NCBI GenBank assembly: GCA_036834665.1
Contig: DAITNL010000001.1
Location: 984-64,983 of the forward strand
Reading direction: 5' to 3'
From: Candidatus Competibacteraceae bacterium
Lineage (GTDB): Bacteria > Pseudomonadota > Gammaproteobacteria > Competibacterales > Competibacteraceae
DNA: 64,000 bases
Below the pieces are notes generated by a model. The model was not told the origin of the DNA, did no database searches, and saw only the letters and a program-made list of their open reading frames with translations. Both the position numbers and the translations under genes were made by a program. Below, in pieces: positions 28,247 to 41,261 of this stretch (position 1 is its first letter; each line of letters opens with the position of its first letter).

Positions 28247-28897
28247 TTGATCACCGATATGAGCATCGAACAATCCATCCTTGAGGGGAGCCGGCAGCTT
28301 GGCATTGCGCCGCTGTCCGCTGCGGATATTGCGCGCCTGGCGGCCTATCTGACTCTGCTGGAGCGCTGGAACCGCGCCTATAATCTGACTGCAGTGCGCG
28401 AGCCCGAGGCCATGGTGGTCCGCCATGTGCTCGACAGTCTATCGATTCTGCCCTGGGTCGATGGTCCGCGCGTGCTGGATGTTGGTAGTGGCGCCGGACT
28501 GCCGGGGATCCCGCTGGCGATCGCCCGGCCGGATGATCAGATCTGCCTGCTGGACAGTAACGGCAAGCGCACCCGCTTCATGACCCAGGCCGTCGCCGAG
28601 TTGGGCCTGAATAATGTCAGCGTGGTGCGCAGCCGGGTCGAGGACTATCGGCCGGAAGCCCTGTTCAACAGCGTAGTCTCGCGGGCCTTCGCCACTTTAG
28701 CTGATCTGACGAATGCCGCCGGACGACTATGCGCGCCGCAAGGCCGTCTGCTGGCGATGAAAGGCGTGTTTCCCGACGACGAGCTGGCCCGCCTGCCGCC
28801 GCACTACACCCTGGTTGGTATTTATCCGCTGCATGTGCCCAGCCTGGATGCCGAACGCCATCTGGTCCATCTGGCACCGGTGTCCACCCTGCATTGA
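28247..28897 (+). CDS. rsmG: 16S rRNA (guanine527-N7)-methyltransferase RsmG (GidB)
   Basis: LLERWNRAYNLTAVR...VLDVGSGAGLPGIPLAI. Lies upstream of parAB. Confidence 0.9.
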   Translation: MITDMSIEQSILEGSRQLGIAPLSAADIARLAAYLTLLERWNRAYNLTAVREPEAMVVRHVLDSLSILPWVDGPRVLDVGSGAGLPGIPLAIARPDDQICLLDSNGKRTRFMTQAVAELGLNNVSVVRSRVEDYRPEALFNSVVSRAFATLADLTNAAGRLCAPQGRLLAMKGVFPDDELARLPPHYTLVGIYPLHVPSLDAERHLVHLAPVSTLH

Positions 28898-28904
28898 GTT
28901 CCGC

Positions 28905-29693
28905 ATGAGCACGATTCTCGCGATCACCAATCAAAAGGGTGGCGTCGGCAAGACCACCACCGCAGTCAATTTGGCCGCCTGCCTGGCAGCATTGCAACAG
29001 CGGGTGCTGCTGGTCGATCTGGACCCGCAGGGTAATGCCACCATGGGTTGCGGCATCGACAAGCACGCCGCCACTGCCACCAGCCATGACGTGCTGCTGG
29101 GGGAAATCGCGCTGGCCGATGCCCTGCAGGCTGTGGGTGACAGCGGCCTGTTCGTGCTGCCCGCCAACGGTGACCTGACCGCTGCCGAGGTCAATTTGCT
29201 CGGCGCCGAGAACGCTGCCGGCCGTTTGCGCGCCGCACTGGATACGGTGCGTGAGCGCTTCGATCTAATCCTGATCGACTGTCCGCCGTCGCTGAATATG
29301 CTGACGGTCAACGCCTTGACCGCTGCCCAGGCGGTGATTATCCCCATGCAGTGCGAGTACTACGCTCTGGAAGGGTTGTCGGCACTGCTCGACACCATTC
29401 AAAAGGTGCGCCGCGCCACCAATCCTGGCCTGCGCGTCGAGGGTCTGCTGCGAACCATGTTCGATGCCCGCAATCGGCTGGCCAATGAAGTCTCGGCGCA
29501 GCTGGTGGAGCATTTTGGCGATGCGCTATACACCACGGCGATTCCGCGCAACGTGCGCCTGGCCGAGGCGCCCAGTTATGGTCTGCCGATCATCCGCTAT
29601 GACAACAGTTCGCGTGGCGCCCAGGGCTATCGGGATCTGGCGCGCGAGCTGCTGGCGCGCTTGCAGCGGCCTGATGCGGAGCTGCAGCCATGA
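28905..29693 (+). CDS. parA: chromosome partitioning ATPase ParA (Soj)
   Basis: ORF 28815..29693. Start at 28905 gives MSTILAITNQKGGVGKTTT, the deviant Walker A. Confidence 0.95.
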   Translation: MSTILAITNQKGGVGKTTTAVNLAACLAALQQRVLLVDLDPQGNATMGCGIDKHAATATSHDVLLGEIALADALQAVGDSGLFVLPANGDLTAAEVNLLGAENAAGRLRAALDTVRERFDLILIDCPPSLNMLTVNALTAAQAVIIPMQCEYYALEGLSALLDTIQKVRRATNPGLRVEGLLRTMFDARNRLANEVSAQLVEHFGDALYTTAIPRNVRLAEAPSYGLPIIRYDNSSRGAQGYRDLARELLARLQRPDAELQP

Positions 29694-30556
29694 TGCGTAA
29701 GAAAGGCGGTCTGGGACGTGGCCTGGATGCCCTGCTCGGGGCGAGCGCGGCCGCTCCGCAGCCCACCGGGGTACCGGCTGCCGGGGATGTGCTGCGGCAA
29801 CTGCCGGTCGAGCAGATCAGCCGTGGCCGTTATCAGCCGCGTCTGGACCTGCGCGAGGAAGGTCTGCGCGAGCTGGCGGATTCGATCCGCGCTCAGGGCG
29901 TGGTGCAGCCGGTGGTGGTGCGGCCGCTGGGCGAGGATCGTTACGAACTGATCGCCGGTGAGCGGCGCTGGCGGGCGGCACAACTGGCCGGCCTGCGCGA
30001 GGTGCCCGCGGTGATTCGTGACGTGCCCGATCGGGCGGCGATCGCCATGGCGCTGATCGAGAACATTCAGCGCGAGGATCTCAATCCCCTGGAAGAAGCC
30101 AGCGCCCTGCGGCGACTGATCAGCGAGTTTGAGCTGACCCATCAGGAAGCTGCCGAGGCGGTAGGTCGCTCGCGGGCCACGATCAGCAACCTGCTGCGTC
30201 TGCTGGAGCTGACCGAGGACGTGCAGCAACTGGTCCGTGAGCGCAAGCTGGATATGGGCCATGCCCGCGCCCTGTTGCCCCTGCCGCCGAGCCTGCAACG
30301 GGAAGCCGCCCATCAGGTGCTGCTGCACGGCCTGTCGGCGCGTGAAACCGAGAGCCTGGCCCGGCGCCTGCAGCAGGCGAATCCGCCGGCGCCGCGTCGC
30401 TCGCTCGATCCTGATATCCGCAACCTGCAGGATGATCTCGCCGAGCGCCTCGGCGCACGGGTACAGCTGCGCCATGGCCGTTCCGGCAAGGGTTGTGTCG
30501 TGATCCACTACAACACCCTGGATGAACTGGACGGCATCATGGCCCGGGTGAAGTGA
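29690..30556 (+). CDS. parB: chromosome partitioning protein ParB (Spo0J)
   Basis: GLGRGLDALL, the IENIQREDLNPLEEA box and an HTH region. ATGA overlap with parA. Confidence 0.95.
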   Translation: MMRKKGGLGRGLDALLGASAAAPQPTGVPAAGDVLRQLPVEQISRGRYQPRLDLREEGLRELADSIRAQGVVQPVVVRPLGEDRYELIAGERRWRAAQLAGLREVPAVIRDVPDRAAIAMALIENIQREDLNPLEEASALRRLISEFELTHQEAAEAVGRSRATISNLLRLLELTEDVQQLVRERKLDMGHARALLPLPPSLQREAAHQVLLHGLSARETESLARRLQQANPPAPRRSLDPDIRNLQDDLAERLGARVQLRHGRSGKGCVVIHYNTLDELDGIMARVK

Positions 30557-30584
30557 TCGTCATGCTGCGGCACATAAATCTTCA

Positions 30585-30614
30585 TTGACCCCGATAGACC
30601 GTATTTCCTATAAT
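30585..30614 (+). promoter_or_regulatory. candidate sigma70 promoter of the atp operon
   Basis: TTGACC (30585-30590), an 18-nt spacer, then TATAAT (30609-30614), in the AT-rich parB-atpI spacer. Confidence 0.45.
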
Positions 30615-30749
30615 CCTCGGCGCTTCGTGTGGCCATGAGGAGATTCTGGCGGTAATGGCAGCGGGGCGCTAAAACCCAATTATAACGACTCAAAAAAATC
30701 AAGCAGAAATGCCCTGCGCAATCCAGTTCCATGAAAATTATTAGAATCA

Positions 30750-31939
<1,190 letters not shown>

Positions 31940-31982
31940 GTGGACTTTCGGGGCCGGTTGCCCGCGGGCCGGCCACCCCTAA

Positions 31983-32315
<333 letters not shown>

Positions 32316-32373
32316 TCGGAGCGTTCAGTGCTCTGACGCCCTCTAACCTGTGCGTACCTGAGGAGGTATCAGC

Positions 32374-32844
32374 GTGAATTTCAATGCTACCCTTATAGGG
32401 CAGATGATCACGTTCGGCCTTCTGGTGCTCTTTACCATGAAGTATGTGTGGCCGCCGATCATCCAGGCCATGCAAGACCGCCAGAAGCGAATCGCTGATG
32501 GCCTGGCATCCGCAGAACGCGGCGTGCGCGAGCAGGAATTGGCCAAGGCCAAGGCCGCGCAGATGCTCAAGGAATCAAAGCAGCAAGCCGCCGAAATCGT
32601 CGCCCAGGCCCATAAGCGCGCCAACGAAATCATTGAGCAGTCAAAGCAGGAAGCCCGCGTCGAGGGTGACCGCCAGCTTGCCGCCGCCAAGGCGGAGATC
32701 GAGCAGGAAGTCAACCGCGCCCGCGAACAGCTTCGCAATCAGGTGGTCAGTCTTGCCATCACCGGCGCCAGCAAGGTTCTCAAGCGCGAGGTCGATGAAG
32801 CGGCTAACGCTGCCATGCTGGATGACCTGGTCGCTCAGCTATAA
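32374..32844 (+). CDS. atpF: F0F1 ATP synthase subunit b
   Basis: 156 aa: an N-terminal TM segment followed by a long charged helix. Confidence 0.93.
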   Translation: MNFNATLIGQMITFGLLVLFTMKYVWPPIIQAMQDRQKRIADGLASAERGVREQELAKAKAAQMLKESKQQAAEIVAQAHKRANEIIEQSKQEARVEGDRQLAAAKAEIEQEVNRAREQLRNQVVSLAITGASKVLKREVDEAANAAMLDDLVAQL

Positions 32845-32861
32845 CAATACGGACCACGCCA

Positions 32862-33437
32862 ATGGCTGAAACGACAACCGTCGTCCGACCGACCACCGCT
32901 GCGCGGCCCTACGCGCGCGCTGCGTTCGAAGAAGCGCAGGCTACGCAGGCGTTGCCGCTCTGGTCCGAGCTCCTGAAGGCCGCCGCCGCTGTCGCGGCGG
33001 ATCCTGCCATGCACCGTCTGTTGGGACCCTGGAATCCGACGCTGCGCGGTGATCAAAAAGCCGAGCTGGTGGCCGGGCTCTGCCGCGATGTTCGCGGTGG
33101 TGCGGAGGTACCCGAAGTGTTCGTAGCCTTTCTGCGGATGCTGGCCGAGTTTCACCGCCTGCACCAGCTCCCGGGCATTGCCGTTCTGTTCGAGCAACTG
33201 CGCGCTAACGCCGAGAGCGTTGTCCACGCCGAGCTGATCAGCGCGGTCGCCATCACCGAAGCTCAGCGTATTCAGGTCAGCGAAGCGCTTCGCACCCGGT
33301 TCCAGCGCGACGTAGCGCTGGATTGCAAGATGGATGCGTCACTGATCGCGGGCGCGGTGATCCGGGTCGGCGATCTGGTGATCGACGGTTCGGCGCGCGG
33401 CCGGCTGGAAAAACTCGCCACGGCCTTAAGCCAGTAA
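32862..33437 (+). CDS. atpH: F0F1 ATP synthase subunit delta
   Basis: 191-aa OSCP-family ORF at the expected operon position. Confidence 0.9.
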   Translation: MAETTTVVRPTTAARPYARAAFEEAQATQALPLWSELLKAAAAVAADPAMHRLLGPWNPTLRGDQKAELVAGLCRDVRGGAEVPEVFVAFLRMLAEFHRLHQLPGIAVLFEQLRANAESVVHAELISAVAITEAQRIQVSEALRTRFQRDVALDCKMDASLIAGAVIRVGDLVIDGSARGRLEKLATALSQ

Positions 33438-33452
33438 GGGGAATACCGTTTT

Positions 33453-35009
33453 ATGCAACTCAAACCATCCGAAATCAGCGATCTGATTCGGCAACGCCTG
33501 CAGGGCTATGAGGCGTCTGCTGAAGCGCGCACGGAAGGCTCCATTGTCAGCCTGGCCGATGGCATCGCCCGGATCTATGGCCTCGACAACGCGATGCAGG
33601 GTGAAATGATCGAGTTCCCGGCCCCCCGGGAAGGTGATCCGGCCACCTACGGCCTTGCCATGAACCTGGAGCGCGACTCCGTTGGCGCGGTGATTCTGGG
33701 CGACTACGAGCATCTCGCGGAAGGTGACAAGGCCCTGTGCACCGGGCGCATCCTGGAAGTGCCGGTGGGCGAGGCGCTGCTGGGCCGCGTGGTGAATGCC
33801 CTGGGTCAGCCGATTGACGGCAAGGGTCCGATCAAGGCCGCGCAGACTGCACCTATCGAAGTCATTGCCCCGGGCGTTATTGAGCGCCAGTCGGTAAGCC
33901 AGCCGGTGCAGACCGGTCTGAAAGCCATCGACGCCATGGTACCGATTGGCCGTGGCCAGCGTGAATTGATCATCGGTGATCGCCAGACCGGCAAGACTGC
34001 GGTTGCGATCGACGCGATCATCAATCAGAAAGGCACCGGCATCAAGTGTATCTACGTCGCCATCGGCCAGAAGAACTCGTCGATTGCCAACGTGGTGCGC
34101 AAGCTCGAGGAGCATGGCGCGATGGATCACACCATCGTCGTCGCCGCCAGTGCGTCTGAATCCGCGGCCATGCTCTATATCGCGCCTTACTCCGGCTGCA
34201 GCATGGGCGAGTATTTCCGTGATCGTGGTCAGGACGCGCTGATCGTTTATGACGATCTGTCCAAGCAGGCCGTGGCCTATCGTCAGGTCTCCCTGCTGCT
34301 GCGCCGCCCGCCGGGCCGCGAAGCCTTCCCTGGCGACGTGTTCTATCTGCACTCCCGGTTGCTGGAGCGCGCCTCCCGCGTCAATGCCGATGAGGTCGAG
34401 CGCCTCACCAACGGTGAAGTCAAGGGCAAGACCGGCTCGCTGACCGCGCTGCCGATCATTGAAACCCAGGCGGGTGACGTGTCGGCCTTCGTGCCCACCA
34501 ACGTGATCTCGATCACTGACGGCCAGATCTTCCTGGAAACCGACCTGTTCAACGCCGGTATCCGGCCGGCCATCAACCCGGGCCTGTCCGTGTCCCGCGT
34601 CGGTGGTGCCGCCCAGACCAAGATCGTCAAGAAGCTCGGCGGTGGTATCCGTCTGGCCCTGGCCCAGTACCGTGAACTGGCCGCTTTTGCCCAGTTCGCC
34701 TCCGACCTTGACGAAGCAACCCGCAAGCAGCTTGAACGCGGCCAGCGGGCAACCGAACTGATGAAGCAGAAGCAGTACTCGCCAATGTCGGTTGCCGAGA
34801 TGGGTATTTCGCTGTTCGCCGTGGATCGGGGCTATCTGGACGACGTGCCGCTCAACAAGATCGGTGATTTCGAAGCCGGCTTGCTGGCGTTCGCGCGGGC
34901 CAACCACGCTGCCTTGGTCGACAAGATCAATGCAACGGGCGATTACAACGACGAGATCGAAAGCGGCATTAAGAAGGTCGTGGAAGATTTCAAGGCCCAC
35001 TACGTCTAA
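33453..35009 (+). CDS. atpA: F0F1 ATP synthase subunit alpha
   Basis: 518 aa with GDRQTGKT (Walker A) and a conserved C-terminus. Confidence 0.97.
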   Translation: MQLKPSEISDLIRQRLQGYEASAEARTEGSIVSLADGIARIYGLDNAMQGEMIEFPAPREGDPATYGLAMNLERDSVGAVILGDYEHLAEGDKALCTGRILEVPVGEALLGRVVNALGQPIDGKGPIKAAQTAPIEVIAPGVIERQSVSQPVQTGLKAIDAMVPIGRGQRELIIGDRQTGKTAVAIDAIINQKGTGIKCIYVAIGQKNSSIANVVRKLEEHGAMDHTIVVAASASESAAMLYIAPYSGCSMGEYFRDRGQDALIVYDDLSKQAVAYRQVSLLLRRPPGREAFPGDVFYLHSRLLERASRVNADEVERLTNGEVKGKTGSLTALPIIETQAGDVSAFVPTNVISITDGQIFLETDLFNAGIRPAINPGLSVSRVGGAAQTKIVKKLGGGIRLALAQYRELAAFAQFASDLDEATRKQLERGQRATELMKQKQYSPMSVAEMGISLFAVDRGYLDDVPLNKIGDFEAGLLAFARANHAALVDKINATGDYNDEIESGIKKVVEDFKAHYV

Positions 35010-35021
35010 ACGGGTGTCAGC

Positions 35022-37327
<2,306 letters not shown>

Positions 37328-37399
37328 CGGGATTGCGGCCCGGAGTAGCAGCAGCGCTCCGGGTACGCATCCCTGGCTCACCGACCAGGAGATGTACCA

Positions 37400-37828
37400 A
37401 TGGCCATGACACTGCATGTCGACATCGTCAGCGCGGAAAAGGAGCTGTTCTCCGGCGCCGCGGAGATGGTGAGCGCGCCGGGTGAAATGGGCGAACTCGG
37501 CATTTTGCCCCGCCACAGCCAGTTATTGACGCGGCTCAAGCCCGGTCAGGTTCGGGTTCAGCTGCAGGGTGGCGAGGAACAGCTGTTCTACGTCTCTGGA
37601 GGGCTGCTGGAAGTGCAGCCGCATCTGGTGACCATCCTGACCGATACCGCCGAGCGGGCTCGCGATCTGGATGAGGCAGCCGCACAGGCAGCCAAGCAGC
37701 GCGCCGAGCAGGTAATCGCTAATAGCCGTGGCGAGTTTGAATACGCCAGGGCCAAGGCCGAACTGGCCGAGGCCATCGCGCAGTTACAAACCATCGAGAA
37801 GCTGCGCAAGCTGCGCAAGTCAGCCTGA
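37400..37828 (+). CDS. atpC: F0F1 ATP synthase subunit epsilon
   Basis: 142 aa, last gene of the operon. Confidence 0.93.
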   Translation: MAMTLHVDIVSAEKELFSGAAEMVSAPGEMGELGILPRHSQLLTRLKPGQVRVQLQGGEEQLFYVSGGLLEVQPHLVTILTDTAERARDLDEAAAQAAKQRAEQVIANSRGEFEYARAKAELAEAIAQLQTIEKLRKLRKSA

Positions 37829-37862
37829 TCAGCCTTACAATAAAAACGATCTCGACCCCGCT

Positions 37863-37894
37863 AGGCCGTGGCACGCGTCACGGCCTTTTTATTT
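37863..37894 (+). terminator. intrinsic terminator after atpC
   Basis: AGGCCGTG (37863-37870) pairs with CACGGCCT (37879-37886), followed by TTTTATTT. Confidence 0.75.
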
Positions 37895-37973
37895 GTGCGC
37901 GCCGGGTATCGCGTCGCCTGGCGCATGGTTCGCTACAATAGCGCCACTGATTTCTCGAAGAGGCGTGGTGGTC

Positions 37974-39350
37974 ATGCAACAACTTTCAGTAGTCATCCTC
38001 GCGGCCGGTAAAGGCAAGCGCATGGTGTCGGATCTGCCCAAGGTGCTACATACGGTGGGGGGTCGATCACTGCTGGGCCATGTACTGGCTACGGCGCGCG
38101 CGCTGCAGGCGAGCCAGCGTCTGGTGGTGTATGGGCATGGTGGCGAGGCGGTGCAGGCAGCATTCGCGGATGAGCCGGATCTGCTCTGGGTGGAGCAGGC
38201 CACGCAACTGGGTACCGGCCATGCGGTGGCCCAGGCGCTGCCCGCTCTGCAGGATGACGGTATCACCCTGGTGCTGTATGGCGATGTGCCGTTGACCGAG
38301 GCGGCAACCCTGCAGCCGCTGGTTGCCGCCGCGCAACAGGGTTGCCTGGCGCTGCTGACGGTGGTGCTGGCCGATCCTGCTGGCTATGGCCGCATCGTCC
38401 GCGATGATCAGGATCAGGTGCGGCGTATCGTCGAGGAAAAGGATGCGACGCCGGCTGAGCGGGCGCTATCCGAAGTCAATACCGGGATTCTGGCGGTGGA
38501 AACTGCCCGGCTGCGGCGCTGGGTTGCCGAGCTGCGCAACGACAATGCCCAGGGTGAATATTATCTGACCGATATCATCGCCCTGGCGGTGCGCGACGGT
38601 GTGCCGGTGGCGCCGGCCACGGTGAGCGCGCCCGAGGAGGTGCTGGGCGTGAACGACCGGCGGCAACTGGCCACGCTGGAACGCTTTTATCAGGCGCGCC
38701 AGGCGGAGCAATTGCTTGCCAATGGCGCGACCCTGATTGATCCAGCACGGGTCGAGGTGCGCGGCACGGTCCGCACCGGCAAGGATGTGCTGATCGATAT
38801 CGACGTGGTGTTTGAAGGCGAAGTACGCCTTGGTGATCGGGTGCGGATCGGACCGTTCTGCGTGCTGCGCGATGCGGTGATTGACGATGATGTGGTGATC
38901 CAGTCACACAGCCGGATCGAGGGCGCTGTGGTCGGTGCTGGCGCGCAGATCGGTCCCTTCGCCCGCTTGCGTCCTGAAACCCGGCTGGAGGCAGGCGTGC
39001 ATATCGGCAATTTTGTCGAGACCAAGAAAACCCACATTGGCCCTGGCTCCAAGGTCAATCACCTGAGCTACTTGGGCGATGCCGAGGTCGGCGCAGGCGT
39101 CAATGTGGGCGCCGGGACCATCACCTGCAACTACGATGGTGCCAACAAGCACCAGACTGTCATCGAGGATGGTGCCTTCATTGGCTCCAACAGCTCACTG
39201 GTGGCGCCGGTACGGATCGGTAAGGGTGCGACCGTGGGCGCGGGCTCGTCGGTCAGTCGCAACATCCCCGCCGGCAGCCTGTGCCTGACCCGTGCGCCGC
39301 GCAAGGAGATTGCCGACTGGCAGCGCCCGGTCAAGCCCAAAAAGGATTGA
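37974..39350 (+). CDS. glmU: bifunctional UDP-N-acetylglucosamine pyrophosphorylase / glucosamine-1-phosphate N-acetyltransferase
   Basis: ORF 37728..39350. Start at 37974 gives MQQLSVVILAAGKGKRM. C-terminal hexapeptide repeats are present. Confidence 0.95.
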   Translation: MQQLSVVILAAGKGKRMVSDLPKVLHTVGGRSLLGHVLATARALQASQRLVVYGHGGEAVQAAFADEPDLLWVEQATQLGTGHAVAQALPALQDDGITLVLYGDVPLTEAATLQPLVAAAQQGCLALLTVVLADPAGYGRIVRDDQDQVRRIVEEKDATPAERALSEVNTGILAVETARLRRWVAELRNDNAQGEYYLTDIIALAVRDGVPVAPATVSAPEEVLGVNDRRQLATLERFYQARQAEQLLANGATLIDPARVEVRGTVRTGKDVLIDIDVVFEGEVRLGDRVRIGPFCVLRDAVIDDDVVIQSHSRIEGAVVGAGAQIGPFARLRPETRLEAGVHIGNFVETKKTHIGPGSKVNHLSYLGDAEVGAGVNVGAGTITCNYDGANKHQTVIEDGAFIGSNSSLVAPVRIGKGATVGAGSSVSRNIPAGSLCLTRAPRKEIADWQRPVKPKKD

Positions 39351-39455
39351 TTGCCACCCGCTGGCTTGCAACGCCCGCTCCCCGGCTGTTTCCCTGGTGG
39401 AAGCGCCGGACAGCGCGGGTTGTTTTTCTCTCCTATTCGCCCCTTGAAGAATGCC

Positions 39456-40874
39456 ATGGTCAAGACCCGCTTTGCTCCCAGCCCCACCGGCTATCTGCAC
39501 ATTGGCGGCGCCCGCACGGCGCTGTTTTCCTGGCTGTTCGCGCGCCATCACGGCGGTCCCTTCGTCCTGCGCATCGAGGATACCGACCTGGAGCGCTCCA
39601 CGCCGGAAGCGGTCAACGCTATTCTCGAAGGCATGAACTGGCTGGGCCTGGATTACGACGAGGGGCCGTTCTACCAGACACAGCGTTTCGACCGTTACCG
39701 TGAAGTCTTGCAACAGCTCCTGCGCAGCGGTCAGGCCTATTATTGCTATTGCACACGTGAGGAACTGGAAGCGCTGCGCAGCGAGCAGATGACGCGCAAG
39801 GAAAAGCCGCGTTATGACGGCCGCTATCGCGACTACCAGGGCCCCCCGCGCGCCGGCGTGGAACCGGTGGTGCGCTTTAAGAATCCGCTCAGTGGCAACG
39901 TGGTAGTCGAAGATCTGATTCGCGGCAATATCATTTTCCAGAACAGCGAGCTAGACGATCTGATCATTGCCCGGGCCGATGGTACGCCGACCTATAACTT
40001 CTGCGTGGTCGTCGATGATATGGATATGGGTATCACCCATGTGATTCGCGGTGATGACCATATCAATAACACACCCCGGCAGATCAACATCCTCAAGGCC
40101 CTGGGCGCACCGGTGCCACAGTATGGCCATGTACCGATGATCCTGGCGCCGGATGGCCAGAAGCTGTCCAAGCGCCACGGCGCCGCCAGTGTCATGGAAT
40201 ACCGCGACCTGGGCTATTTGTCGGAAGCGGTGCTGAATTATCTGGTGCGGCTGGGCTGGTCGCATGGCGATCAGGAAATCTTCTCATTGGATGAGATGGT
40301 GAGCGCCTTCGATCTGGCCGGCTGCAACAAGGCGCCTTCCGCGATCAATCCTTCCAAGCTGGTCTGGCTGAATAAGCATTACCTGAAAACGCTGGATCCC
40401 GCGCATGTCGCGCGCCATCTGAGCTGGCACATCGGACAACTGGACATTGATCCAAGCACCGGGCCGGCGCTGCCGGAGGTGGTCAGGGCTTTTGCCGAGC
40501 GTTCCGACACGCTGCGCGATATGGCGCAGGCAGCGGTTTTCCTCTACCGCGAGTTTGAAGACTACGATGCCAAGGCCGCCAGCAAGAACCTGACGCCTGC
40601 TGCGGCCGAACCGCTGCGTCAAGTGCACGCGGCGCTGCGGGCGTTGTCCTCGTGGCAGGCCGAGCCGATTCATGAGGTCATCAAGCAGGTCGCGGCCACG
40701 GCCGGTCTGGCGCTGGGCAAGGTCGCGCAACCCCTGCGCGTAGCGATATCCGGGACGGCGGTGTCACCGCCGATTGATATCACTCTGCAATTGCTCGGAC
40801 AGGTGCACACCCTGGCGCGTATCGAGCGGGCGCTGGCTTATATCGAGCGGCATGCACCGCAGGCGGAGAAATAA
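39456..40874 (+). CDS. gltX: glutamate--tRNA ligase
   Basis: ORF 39351..40874. Start at 39456 gives [21 protein letters not shown] (HIGH motif). KLSKR (KMSKS) is present. Confidence 0.95.
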   Translation: MVKTRFAPSPTGYLHIGGARTALFSWLFARHHGGPFVLRIEDTDLERSTPEAVNAILEGMNWLGLDYDEGPFYQTQRFDRYREVLQQLLRSGQAYYCYCTREELEALRSEQMTRKEKPRYDGRYRDYQGPPRAGVEPVVRFKNPLSGNVVVEDLIRGNIIFQNSELDDLIIARADGTPTYNFCVVVDDMDMGITHVIRGDDHINNTPRQINILKALGAPVPQYGHVPMILAPDGQKLSKRHGAASVMEYRDLGYLSEAVLNYLVRLGWSHGDQEIFSLDEMVSAFDLAGCNKAPSAINPSKLVWLNKHYLKTLDPAHVARHLSWHIGQLDIDPSTGPALPEVVRAFAERSDTLRDMAQAAVFLYREFEDYDAKAASKNLTPAAAEPLRQVHAALRALSSWQAEPIHEVIKQVAATAGLALGKVAQPLRVAISGTAVSPPIDITLQLLGQVHTLARIERALAYIERHAPQAEK

Positions 40875-40877
40875 AAG

Positions 40878-40906
40878 TTGACAGGTGCGCGCCAGTCTAC
40901 TAAAGT
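40878..40906 (+). promoter_or_regulatory. candidate sigma70 promoter for the tRNA-Ala/tRNA-Glu unit
   Basis: TTGACA (40878-40883), a 17-nt spacer, then TAAAGT (40901-40906). A GC-rich discriminator (GCGCGTC) follows, as is typical of stable-RNA promoters. Confidence 0.45.
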
Positions 40907-40923
40907 GCGCGTCTCCGGTTGAC

Positions 40924-40999
40924 GGGGCCATAGCTCAGCTGGGAGAGCGCCTGCATGGCATGCAGGAGGTCGGCGGTTCGATCCCGCCTGGCTCCACCA
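40924..40999 (+). tRNA. tRNA-Ala (anticodon GGC)
   Basis: GGGGCCATAGCTCAGCTGGGAGAGCGCCTGCATGGCATGCAGGAGGTCGGCGGTTCGATCCCGCCTGGCTCCACCA. It folds as a cloverleaf with the G3:U70 identity pair and an encoded CCA. Confidence 0.93.
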
Positions 41000-41032
41000 A
41001 AGTACTGCTTATTTCAGGTTTATCTCGCTCAA

Positions 41033-41108
41033 GTCCCCATCGTCTAGAGGCCAAGGACACCGCCCTTTCACGGCGGTAACAGGGGTTCGAATCCCCTTGG
41101 GGACGCCA
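41033..41108 (+). tRNA. tRNA-Glu (anticodon UUC)
   Basis: GTCCCCATCGTCTAGAGGCCAAGGACACCGCCCTTTCACGGCGGTAACAGGGGTTCGAATCCCCTTGGGGACGCCA, near-identical to E. coli tRNA-Glu from memory. Confidence 0.95.
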
Positions 41109-41121
41109 ATATTGCAAATGA

Positions 41122-41151
41122 AGGGCCTACTTAAACGTAGGCCCTTTTTTT
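41122..41151 (+). terminator. intrinsic terminator after tRNA-Glu
   Basis: AGGGCCTAC (41122-41130), loop TTAAAC, GTAGGCCCT (41137-41145), then TTTTTT. Confidence 0.8.
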
Positions 41152-41261
41152 GTGCGCCATGTCTAGATTTTCAACCGTACTGCAGCAGTCGAATCGGACT
41201 CGCGCATCTTGTTGCGTGGCCAAGTTTCGATCAGGTCGATGGTCATTATCCGGGAGACAAA

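Noticed and set aside
39375-39428. Possible terminator between glmU and gltX (GC-rich interrupted stem followed by TTGTTTTT)
   Set aside because: The stem is short and interrupted, and I could not draw a convincing hairpin by eye. It was left uncalled.
39753-39768. CACGTG-containing sequences resembling half a parS (also near 4815, 10866, 35926)
   Set aside because: Only the central hexamer or one half-site matches. The flanks do not fit GTTTCAC/GTGAAAC symmetry.
41195-41212. Possible att-type remnant (CGGACTCG / TCGAATC, shared with the 3' parts of tRNA-Asn and tRNA-Glu)
   Set aside because: These are only 7-8 nt matches with no extension on either side, which is within chance expectation. 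No convincing direct repeats flank the island and no integrase is present.
41097-41261. N-terminal extension of island gene A starting inside tRNA-Glu
   Set aside because: It would read through the tRNA 3' end and its terminator. An ATG with a GGGAGA ribosome-binding site at 41262 begins the conserved sequence.
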